A stretch of DNA of 64,000 nucleotides from Lingula anatina (taxonomy: Eukaryota; Animalia; Brachiopoda). The notes beneath the pieces are model-generated. The model was given only the letters and a program-made list of their open reading frames with translations, ran no database searches and had not been told where the DNA came from. This document shows, piece by piece, positions 36,365-48,700 of the stretch. Numbering within the stretch: position 1 is the stretch's first letter; every line of letters begins with the position of its first letter. The translations under genes and the position numbers were made by a program. The DNA is taken from the NCBI GenBank assembly GCA_051362555.1, contig CM120644.1, positions 23,706,534 through 23,770,533 of the forward strand. Reading direction: 5' to 3'.

Positions 36365-38551
36365 CACACAACATTCAAAGTGTTAATTCTGTAAAACGTT
36401 TGGCATTGTCAAATGCTCCCCGTGACATTAAAGACAAAAGTTTCAGAAGTTTAAACGAAATAGAGAAATCAATTGATTGCTACCTGTATAAACATAATTT
36501 GACAAAGCTACAAGTTTCTCAGAATTATTTTCAAACAAAAATAAAATATTTAAGACAAAATAGAAAATTAAATTAGTGTATATTAGACAGAAGTAATGAA
36601 TCAGATGATACAAATGATGTTTTAATGATGTGTGTGTGTGTGTGTGTTGGGGGGGGGGGGATAAAGCCCAGATAGGTTAGATTTTACTGGGGAAAATTTC
36701 ACTTCCCCTCACCCTCGATGAAAGTCATCTTGGTCTAAAATAAACGCAGACAATAAAATGACTAATTCCAGCAAATTCCCCAGTGCTAGTGTATATTCTC
36801 TAGCCACTCGGCGACGTCTGACCTTTCTGTCCGTCATTACCTTTATTTTCCCGGGCTCACGAGACTGATGAATCATGGGATTTCCCTGTTGTGGACTTTG
36901 ACCCCGTCTGGCCAGACGGCAAGCTCCGCCTGGAAACGCGCTTTTTTTATGCAGATCATTTTAAAACATTTAGAAAAAACAGATTGATAATCTAGATAGC
37001 TTTCAAGCCATCCCTCACGAGATTTCAGTGCATTATTAGTGCATGATTACTTTGTTATTATATTTCTGGCAGTGAATAGATTACAGACTTATTGTACGAA
37101 TGATTATACGAATACGTTGGAAACAATAGTAGGCGTGTTAATCTGCAAATGTGAATTCATTCAGCAATCGGAATCGGGTAGATCTACGTTAACTGATATT
37201 TTAATGGGAAAGGCACTAACAAAATAGTTCTTTTTGAATTCAATAATACCAAGGATTTTGCTATTTCCATTAAAACAAAGATAGTTTGTTGGAAACGTTT
37301 GATGTCTATATCTATGTCACTCTTCTATAATATATTACCCATAAACACCATGGGTCTTCGCGGGGTCGACCCAACTCGGGACTCTCGCTGACTGCTGAAT
37401 ATCCCCCCCCCCCCCATCACCACCACTTGACGTAGAGTAGAATACAGGAAAGCTGCTGATTGTGAGAGTGCGTTTCTAGAGACACAGAAAGGACGCCGTC
37501 GAGAGTAAACTTAAAATCCCTTTTCACTGGACGGTGCAAGAGAGTCCCCCATAACAGAGTCCGCTTCCTCTTTATTTGTACAGGTGAGCCTAGCCCTGAT
37601 TTTGACCCAAGATTTTGACGCAGTTCGGCAACGTAAGGAGCGATTCAGAATTATGGTCACAGATCATGAAAATGGTTTAAGTGTACCCCCAGTGATGTCA
37701 TGGTTTCTAAGGAAGCATTCAGATTCGGCCTTCGCACCAGCTGGATCGATCCAACTCTGCAAGAGTTCTTGCTAAAGGTGCAGTAAATATAATCAGATTA
37801 ATTGTCTGACAAGTCCCCTATATCGCGAGCAGATAGGGGGTAATTAACCTCGTGAGCGCTCCGCTTAATTAGCTGGTCTAGGATCTAGCTGGTGCTATTT
37901 CTGAATGTGAATGCTCCCTAGGACAAAATTTCACAGAACCCTTCGAAAGATAGATCGTGTAAAAGATAGAAAATGAATGACTGAATTCGGAAATGCTACC
38001 GATTTCGGACAAAAACTACTTTCCTGTGATATATTTCCATTTTGAATTCATCTCCCATACATTTTTTTATTTGCACAAGATAATACCTACGCCGTGCTTG
38101 TGTAACTACGATATCGACCGTTTGAGCCAGTGTCTCCTTTTCCAAAACCTTTCCGTTTTGCTGAATAACCCCTGGAGTTATCAAACGTACATTTGATAAA
38201 TTGCTACGTGATCTCCCATAGTTTGCCCAATGAAAAATTCACCAGCTCCCCTTAACACATGAGACGAACATAAAAGTTTTCACCTGTTTTGGACTGTTCA
38301 CATGGTCGCACACCCGCTCAGTCGCATTTGATAAATTAAGGAAATACATTTTGAAATGAGAATGATATTGGGTATTTCTTCACGCCTCCAAGCATTCATG
38401 AGTCATTGAACAAATAAGCGAAAGCCCCAAAAGGAAAAAACGTAATTAAGCTCTCCAAGTTAACGTACGTTTGCTATGGCGTAGCTGTCTGATGCGTCAT
38501 ATAAACACACTTTTTGATACCTGGTTCAAGATGATGATGACAAGGAATCAT

Positions 38552-39722
38552 CCCAGCGGGCAAATTTTGTTGTTTTAATGTTGAAACGACGTTGAACCAT
38601 AACGTTGATAAGACGTTTGATAAACTTTGGATTTGTACGTTGGATCAACGTCAGATAACAACGTTGTATCAGCGTCAGATAACAACATCCCAGCGGGCAA
38701 ATTAACATTGAATCAATGTTGAATCAACGTTGATGGTCAAAGTTGAAACTATGTTGATATGACGTTGACTATGAAAGTTGAATCAACGTTGAACCATCAA
38801 GGTTGAATCAACCTTGAGGTATTAATGTTGAATCAACGTTGACAGTCAACGTTGAAACTATGTTGATATGACGTTGACTATTTAAGTTGAATCAAACTTG
38901 AGGTTTCAATGTTGAATCAACGTTGACAGTCAACATTGAAACTATGTTGATATGACATTGACTATGAAAGTTGACTCAACGTTGAACCATCAAGGTTGAA
39001 TCAATGTTGAGTCAACATTGATACCTCAATGTTGAATCAATGTTGAAATAAAGTAAAATTTTGTCAATTTGCCATAAAGCAAGGCTGGTGACCCTATGTT
39101 TTTTTCTTTTTCTTAAAGATAACCTGAACATCAAATGTGGAAAGTTTAAAAAACCTGACGACCGCTTTTTTCACAAAATTAATTTGAATGAAAAAGGGGT
39201 AAAACAAGCGTTTTATGAGGGGCAATTACCCCTATGCATACCTCTCTAGTGAGATAATTATTTAAAACTGTTATCAAGGTAATGATTAAGGTTATAAAGT
39301 TAAGGTTGACCCAATGTTGAGATCCAGTTGATATGTCAACATTGACAAAGAGTTTACAAACACAGGTTGATTCAATGTTGAAATCCTGTTGATCTATCAA
39401 CATTGAAAACTGATTGACAAAGAAAGGTAAAATCAATGTTGAGACCCTGTTGATCTATCAACATTGACAATTGGTTGACAAGAAAAGGTTGATTCAATGT
39501 CGAGATCTTGTTGATCTATCAATATTGATGGATCAACATCATCTCAACCTATCCTCAATGTTGAATCAACGTTGAGTGCCCACTGGGATTATATATGTCG
39601 TTAGACAACATTTTTGCATGAAAATACATATATATATGACCTGAAATGTTTTTTTTTTCAATTTTGGTACCAAACACAGATATAAAATTATAACGTACAC
39701 TGTAATAACATCCAAGCACCTG

Positions 39723-39781
<59 letters not shown>

Positions 39782-40267
39782 AACGTCACGGTCACCTCAA
39801 CCTGCCTATCTATAACATGGTACCGTGAACATTTTTTACTTCATCCATCACATTTACAGCGACTTATTCATCCCAGTGTTAGCTGACCTTGCAAGGAAGT
39901 TAATTGGAATGTATATCTGAATAACCAAGTTCAGAAAATTCACTTGTTCACTATAGACACAAAACAACGTCACTTTTACTGTAAAACACCATTTTTAATG
40001 TTTTGATAAAGTTACAGTATTGATTAACAAAGTATCATGTTTTCCATAACTAATATTTTAAATTTCAAGCCATGTCTTGCATCACGACGACCAAACAACA
40101 ATGTTGAGTCGATGACTAAAATACAACGTTGAGTCAACGTCACATTATGATGGTGTTTTGACGTGGTTGGATCAACGTTGATTTTACGTTGAATTTAGGT
40201 AGATCAACGGCAATTCAACGCCCCAACCTGTTTTCAACATTGATCCAACGTCATTATGCCTGCTGGG
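38552..40267. mobile_element. CCCAG..CTGGG non-autonomous DNA transposon (EnSpm/CMC-like), 2-bp TSD AT, AACGTT-rich ends
   Basis: Termini cccagcgggca / tgcctgctggg with AT flanks. Empty site gaatcat|cactgt in the paralogous segment near 59970. Confidence 0.8.
38689..39587. mobile_element. Nested CCCAG element made of TCAACGTTGA/TCAATGTTGA repeats, TSD AT
   Basis: Termini cccagcgggca / tgcccactggg with AT flanks; dozens of short palindromic repeats inside. Confidence 0.8.
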
Positions 40268-42745
40268 ATCACTGTTTACCCCAGTTTCTTACATGGCACC
40301 TTCTAGAAAGTCGTTTTTCACAAGCAGTTGTTTTAAATGCACTGGGTATTTTCATTGAGCTGTATAACGCGTATTATTTCACATTCATTCTCAAAAACAA
40401 CAATTATGCTTGCATCCCTAAAATAATTAAAATCAATAAAGTGTTGTCTTAGACGGAAGGAAACATCACATACATTCAAAACTTGTCTTTCTAAAATCCA
40501 TATAAGGCCTTTAACATTGAAAAAATAATAATTTTTAAAAAATCAGAGTAGATGGATGAAAATTTTGTCAACTAATGAAGTACCTGTATCATCAATTCAG
40601 CAGTTATCGGTGTCCGCATATTCTTGACCATAATACCGCAGTAATATGTAGCGAATGGTTATCTTTAGTTAGCACTGTGTGATCGCCTACCTAAGTCCAG
40701 TACGGCAAGGAAATGCCGTAAAGGAAGGTCCATATTGGGGGGGGGGGGGATCACAGTTCAGGAATAAAAACCATTAATTCAAATCAAACAAAACAGCTTA
40801 CAAAAAAAAAAAAAAAAAAAAAAAAGAAAAAATGAGGTCCTCACAAAGTGGAAAAAAGAGCTTCACTTGCTTCGCAAGAAATCAGACGCCATTTGCGGAA
40901 ACGAACCATATCGCACATTAAGAATGACAGTTGAACACACAAGATATGTGTAGTGTGCCATTTTTTTTTTGTCAAAACTCATCAAAAGGTAACATAAAAC
41001 AGTCAAGAAAGCTCATGTTAAATTTACTATTCCATTTATTGTGATTGATCACAGCGAATTGCAATTTATCTCACTTTCACGCTTGTTTGTACTTTTTATT
41101 CATTACCTTTCACGGGGAATTTTATCGTTTTTGGTGCTCTATCATAGATTACCAATCGGCGTAAGCAAATTACAACCTGATTTTGTGAAAACATTTTACG
41201 TTATAATTATCATTTTATTATTAGCATTATTTTTAATTTTTTTTTTTTTTTTTTGTTGTTGTTGAATTCTGACCTGTGGATACCGATAGGGTGACCAAGG
41301 TTTATTAGTGTCAAGTGAAAGATAATTAAGTCAGAGGTCAGATATGTGTCGGTAGGGGTTTTCACTATGTGAATGGTCATCGTAAACTCCCTGTTGCTTA
41401 ACTTAAAATCTAGTGGACAACAAGTGTGCATACGCTTGGGAATTTCAGAAATTCCAAGATAGCCGTCATTTGACTTAAGAATATTGGTAAACGTTCACAT
41501 GTGTACAATGTTCTATGCATGTTGCCTCCTTTACTTTAAAGTTTTCCATACACTTGGCTATGAAATATGCCACATCGCCTTTACCAACTACACCGCCCTT
41601 GTCCTATGGCTGGCATTCGTCCCCGTGTATGTAGCCACGCCCACATGGTGAAGACTACATCTGGGTCTTCACCATGTGCATGGCGGTAGCACTGAGCGGG
41701 ACAGTTCAACTGGTCTGCCTCTTTATGCCTAAGCTGTTCACAGTTCCGTTCTATAGCCAATGGTAGTGTCCGTTTGATTAGCAAATAATCAGCAATAGAG
41801 TAGTTGCACACGTTCACTCTTCCACGCACAGTTACATGTATATTAAGGGGTTGACGTAACTTGTAACTTAAAGCTCCGTTTTAATCAGTATAACATTATT
41901 GCCGTTTCTCTGTCTGCAATGGCAGACACACTGGACTATTAAAATGTTTGAAAACCCATCTGTAGATAAACATTTTATGATTATAGCATTTTTTTTTTTT
42001 TTACAAAATATCACTTTGTTTACTCGAATTGAATAATCAGAAAAGCTAATAATGTTATTTAGATAAGTAATAACACACCAAAAACGTCATCAAACAGCAT
42101 CTTGAAAATGCTCCTTTTTCGCTAAAGACAACAAAACAAACAAACAAACAGAAAAATTAATAAAAAACATGGATCGGCAATAAGGAATAAAAATGCAATC
42201 ATTGAGATTATACGGTGTATCGCCTTTTGTGTGATTTTTTAAAAAAAGGCAAAATCAATAACTAAATACGTAATGATAGATTTCAACCAAGTGTCATCAG
42301 TCATAAAAAGGCCTCAGAAAATGAGACTTTTCATTGATCTGCTCTACAAAAGTGGACGTGAATGAAAAAAAATTGCCGCTTCGTGTGGGTTCAACAAACA
42401 GGTTCTGCCATGCGGACAATTATGGGGACAATACCTAAGGGAGCAGCGAGGATGCAAAGCTTCGCTTAACGAGCGCTGGCTAGATAGATACAGACGCTCT
42501 TTCATACCGCGTATGAGTAACGGTATAAGTGGACGTTTTAAAGCGGCGACTGTGTTTTACCAGCTGTGATATCAGGCGTCGATGTTAAAGCAACCAGAGT
42601 CAATATTATTCAAAAATAACAAAATTATGTAGCCGATTATTAAAACGCTGATTTTCTTTATTTGAAAGTGATAGCACCGTGTAAAAGAAGCCCACAGAAA
42701 GTGCTACCTATGCACAATCGGTGAAGAACTTACCCAAAGAAGACC

Positions 42746-45700
42746 ATGGTGTTAATGACAAAACTCGGACACCTCTTCGTGTTGTTTACAATTATAGGAC
42801 AATCCAACCACGTAAAGCAGTGCGACATATGTGTAACCTTCACAAGACAACCTAAGAAAATATGTCCACGAAATCAGGATACTTATGATCACGAGCCTTC
42901 TGTGCACTTTGCCGACATTGAGGCAGGTTGCATATTGTGCTGCGTTAAAGATTGCATTAATCTCCCCGCCTGCGTCTCTGTTGCGTTTGACAAGATAACA
43001 GGGACATGTGAGATGTCGTCCCAGATTCTTGATAAAAGCTCAGCAACAGTGGGAGAAAACTGCGTCTACTACACATCGGTAAGAAAATATGTGTCTTTTC
43101 TATTATTTTCATTACACTATAGTTTGAAAGAGAGTGTGAGAGAGATAATTGATACAAATCGTTAAAAATACACGTCTAAGTTGCAAAGAAGGGATAGCGA
43201 TACCACAAACGAAATGATATAGACAGAAAAAATAATTGTTGATTTAATTTTGTTTGGTTTGGCATGCTGGGTAAGTCAAAGGTCCATTTAATTCTAGCAT
43301 CTAACTTTTTTATTGCAAATCATCAAAATTATTTCAAATCATCAACTTTATTTCAAATACAAATAGTGCTATATAAATAGTCAAATAATCGGCGTCTCAT
43401 ACATGGGAGGACGGGCGTGCATGTATATGTAAATAAAAAGAAAGGTTTTCCGTATAAAACAAGTCTTTTTAAGATCTTAGATGAAAATGAAATGTTATAG
43501 TTTTAACTTTTTTATTCCCCATGGACAGGAAATCAAGTTATTTAAGTGATTATTTAACTATTAAAATTTAATATTTTTTTCCTAATAATATTTTGGAAGT
43601 ATAAAATGAAGAAAATACTTAGAATGTCATTTTTACTAAATAAAAGTGATATTAAACGACACGGGAGGTTAATGAAAAAATAAAAACTCAAATAAAAAAT
43701 GCAAGTTAATTACCGCTGTGATCGTAGAAAGGAGGCATAAGCACTGTATTCTTTAAAGAAACAATTCTCAATGAGTTGGCCAGTTTTCGGCACGTGAAGT
43801 ATTTTTTTTTTACTCTGAAACGGGAGCGTATTACGAGGGTGCAGAAAGGACCCATGCAGTGTAAAGGGGGTTTTAGCCTTGTTTTATTTTTGTTTGATGT
43901 AGAGACCTATGCCACATGCCCAGTCCTAATCTAGTCTACTTCCTAGTTGCCCAGGCCACATCCAAATTAGGACCTGGTCCAGACAACATCCATGCATTTA
44001 TTTATTATTATTATTATTATTTATATTATATTTATTCATCTAATGGGCAGACTTTTTTTCAATAATCTGTACAATAACCTAGTTAATTTAAATAACACAC
44101 TAATAAATGGCATCTCGCCTAATTAATTTAACGTTTCTTTAGTAAATTTTTCTAAATCAATCTACATGCATTTTCTTTAAACATTAAACACCTTTAAAAG
44201 TATCATCCTCAGATATACTGTATTTTACAATTCATAGATAATAAAATACAACTATATCTCATTTACCACACATCCAAGAATTTAGCAATATTTTGCGGTA
44301 TTTTGGCATGAGTGGGATAAAAAAATGTTGGTTACCCCAGATTTGTATCAGGGGAAAGAGCTTCTTAGAGTTTAGGCTTGACGGTCCCGAACTGTGCGAT
44401 AAAATGTGTTTTTTTTTTTTGTTTTTTTGTTTTTTTTTTTTTTTTGCATTTAAGGACCGCACTGAGTCAAATTATATAGCAGTAACACGTCCGACTACTA
44501 CGCCATCAACCGTCACCACGGCGCCAACAACAACCACTACGATAGCAAAAACAATTGACGTGATGCCCATCACAACTGACGTGATGCCCAGCACAACTGA
44601 CGTGATGCCCAGCACAACTGACGAGATGCCCATCACAAATGACGTGATGCCCATCACAACTGACGAGATGTCCATCACAACTGACGTGATGCCCATCACA
44701 ACTGACGAGATGTCCATCACAACTGACGTGATGCCCATCACAACTGACGAGATGCCCATCACAACTGACGTGAAGCCTAACATAACAACCATGAAGCTCT
44801 CACGTAAGTTTTAACCAGTATACATAGGCGTCTTTCTCGAATAAAGTTTTCAAACCCCACATTATGTAAATCATCTTTAATTTCATGGTAAACGCTTTCC
44901 ATTTCTGAGTGTTTTTCTTTTTCTTCTTATTATATTCTGTTGTTTTTGTTGTTAACGTTGTTGTCGTTGTTGTTGTTGCTGTTGGCTACATGTCCAACAC
45001 AGATTCTACTGGTAATTACACTGGTATTTGACAGTAACACTGAATTTAGATGGACAGCAGCTTTCGCAAAATGGCCGCCGATCCAAGTAAAGTCGTTTGT
45101 TTAATGTTATCTCTTGAAGTTAAAAGTAAATAAAAACTTGCTCTGGTTCAATTTTTTTTTATTTTACAGTTTTACATTACATTCAAACCACGTGTGACCA
45201 ACAAACATGTCACAACATCACACCGCATGGAGTCCACACTCCCTCCAACATGGAAAAACTACTCACTTCACTCCTTGTTTACCACTAGAGGGACCCACTG
45301 CATAGTCACCTCTAACATAATTTAACACAATTGGTTACAACCATACAACAATATTTGACATTATCTATCATCTTATGGTCAGCAAGAAGTAATGCCAGCC
45401 AATTATTTAACCTATAGGCAGCGTCAATTTCACCAATTGCTCTTGTGTTCTGTATACCATCGAATTATCCATTTCTTTCTCTTTTAGTCTAAAATGACCA
45501 GTAACATTACATTTGTCTCATATTTCTTCTTGTCAGCAACAACCATGTCATTTCGTCTGATTTTTATCACTCAGTCAAAAAATATGTCAACTTCCAACAG
45601 TGTCTCCTCAGCAACATTTTCCACAATCTGGCTCAACCCTGTAATGTACCACCTCTTGTAATACTTGAAATCATAGAATAAGCATACACGATGTAATGGG

Positions 45701-48700
45701 GAATACCCGCTTTAAGGGTCTGCCGCTAGATGGCGTGGGGGTGAAAGCAGTCCTTCTCAAATCTCGCAGAATCTCGCTCACGGCTTTACACCAGAGTTTA
45801 ACATGGAGCGTGTGCATGCGTCGCTGACAGTGAACCAACTCAAACGCAATTTACTTGAATGTGGTGCCATAACATCTGGATGAAAATGTGAATTGACTGA
45901 AAGGTATGTGTTTTCTTTTCATTTAGTGCTTGAAAAACACGAATGCTAACTATTTTCCTTGAAAAAAATCGAACATTAGTCGAGGTGTGTGTGTCAAATC
46001 TGACATGTTATGTACATGTAGACTACTGTAGGTACGAGTAGGCCTACGCTCATATTTTGTTTTAGTAGCACGAAAGACGAAGATTGTGTATACTTAGTGA
46101 ATGTACTTATTTATTTTCTTTATAAGGTTACCCAAAGAAGGTCCATATATTGGGGGCAAAGCCTGAAACTGTCGATTTCAGGACCCCAGGACAGCCAGCT
46201 TCAAGAGCAGGATAAAATGATTACTTCAGGAATCTTACCCGTCACTTCACATCAGCGGCAAAGATTGATGTAGCCACCAGTTATGCCTACCCTAAAGCTG
46301 ACTCACAGGCGGCTGTGATGGACAACAACTATTGCCAAGTGCCATGAAAACAATAATGCATGGATAGAGGGAATGATGTAAGTGAAAACAGATGTCTAAT
46401 ATTAAGAATCAGGCCCAAATATGAGAAAGAATTATCAAACTAGGTGATGTCTGACTTCATAGAAATATAATATTGTATGTTAACTATTTTTATGCTGTAA
46501 CCATCTACCATGCTTTAATGGGATATGAATATTTCAGGTTGAGGAACAAACAGCAAAGGACACTGAGCATAGCAAGTTATAACAAGGAAAGAGCACAATC
46601 TGACACAAGGAGAGACAATGGCAGATCACTGCTTCCAGGTTTGGAGAGATAATTGCAGCTACAGAGAAGAAGTATATAAACAAACTGTATGAATCATTGT
46701 TGTGTCCAAAACCATTGCAGACACATGACAGTTGGACCCGGACCCAATTTTCCCTTTTTGGAATGTGTATCTCGTGCACGAATCTGGGCCTAAAGAAAAC
46801 CTGCGAATACTATACTAAGTTAGAAGGCCAGATGTTCATTACAAATCGCCCATTCTGCTATTTTGTTGTGTTTACATTCAAAGATCTGTTTGTGGGGTTG
46901 ATTCATTCTGACGCTGGATATTTTTCTACATGTATTTTGTTCAGGATAACTTTTTTAAATGAAAAACACTATAGGAAGTATGTGTCAACTAGTTAATAGA
47001 AAGTACCCCTGTATGAGATGGTTTTAGCTGCAATCATAATTTTGAAGTGCAATTTTAAAAAATGTTTTAACTAAAATGAAATAATTTGGTGGTACTATAT
47101 TCTTTTCAAAAAGTACTTATGTGTTTATGCTGTTTTTAATAATATTTAACTGTAATGAAAAAAAAAAACCTATGATGCTATTTTGTAAAGTATTTTTAGT
47201 GGGATGAAATAAATTGCTAGTTGTATTTACAGCAAATAATTTGGTTTTTCTGCTTTTTAAAGAATTTTCAAAGTGATGACATAATGTGGTGGTTCTATTC
47301 AAGTAAAATAATTCATAAGTACTATTTTGTGAAAAGGAACAAAACTGTTAATTTGTAAAATGTTTGCTTTCTTTAATTTTTATTTCTTAAACTGTTACAA
47401 AAAGTTTTCCATACCTACAGTAATCCATTGGCTGAGAAATTGCAGCTATATATTCAGGAAAGTTATAGCACAAATAAATTATCCAAGTATTACATGGTTT
47501 CATGGTTTTTACTATGGACTGAATAATTATTTTAAATAAAATATTTGGTTTTGCTGCTTTTTAATGAATTTTCAGAGCAATGAAATAATATGGTGTTTCT
47601 ACTCAAGTAAAACAATCCAGAAGTGCTATTTTGTAAAAAAAAAGAACAAAAACTGTTCATTTATAAAATGTTTTCTTTCTTTAAATTTTATTTCTTAAAC
47701 TGTTACAAAAAGATTTCCAAACATGCATTATTCCATTGGCTGAGAAATTGCATCTATACATGAACAAATAAATTATCTAACTATACCTAGTTTTATGATT
47801 CTTACGAGGTACTGAATAATGGTTTTAAATAAAAATAATTATTTAATTAACATTACCGGTCATGCTAAATACATCAATAAAAAAGGATATTACTTAATAA
47901 CACAACCTTATGCGGGTAGTAGGCTACCAACACTTCTATACATTTACTGACAACTCTTCTGAAATTACGGACATAAGAAAACGCACTTTGATAAATCATA
48001 CTTCCTAGGGGCACTTTCTTGCTATGGAGCTCTCTTTCCAAAACTTTATAAGTTTTGCCAAGATCAATTAACCTTTTTACGTGTATTCTTTTTGAGGCAA
48101 CTCGTCTATCTTTAGGGGCCTAATTACTGTGCCTGGGTCAAGTTGTAACTGTCCCTTTAACATGGAAGGTGTGTTGACATGGGCAACCCTTCACTTCAAA
48201 CGAAGCCCTGAATCCTCAAGAAAATTATGCCCACCTTGCCGACTTTGACATTCAGGTACACAACAATACTGAGGCATGTTTATTAAGGCCAGTACCACAG
48301 TCCAACGTATACAATATCCAACATGGCGACTGTGGAAGGACTGAATTCACACTAGCGACACCTGGCGCCAAGCGGGCTGGTATTCCTCATTCCCAGAGAG
48401 CAAAGTGAACAATTTTGTCATGTTTTTTCTAACACCCACTTTGTGTTAGTTTTTAAAGCCTCGGTCACAAACGGACGCACGAATTTCAGGATCGTACGTC
48501 CCTTGCGATTTTTGGGTGTTGCGGAGGCCGTGGAGTTCGTAGAGGTAGAGAAAAGTCTGCCTTGTGAGTCGCAAAGGCCACATGAGATGTCCTTTCAAGC
48601 AGGGACGCTAATTGCAAGGAGCGATGACCGTGGAAATTGTACTCATATCCTGAGTTTGTCTTGCTTCCTATGAACGTGGCACATGAACACTCACCAATTA

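Noticed and set aside
38689-39587. CRISPR-like or satellite appearance of the AACGTT repeats
   Set aside because: Irregular short palindromes without unique spacers, bounded by TIRs and a TSD; eukaryotic context with no cas genes.
44472-44792. Minus-strand hydrophobic repeat ORF (VVMGITS)n
   Set aside because: Antisense of the 21-bp mucin repeat; the plus frame has proper splice sites.
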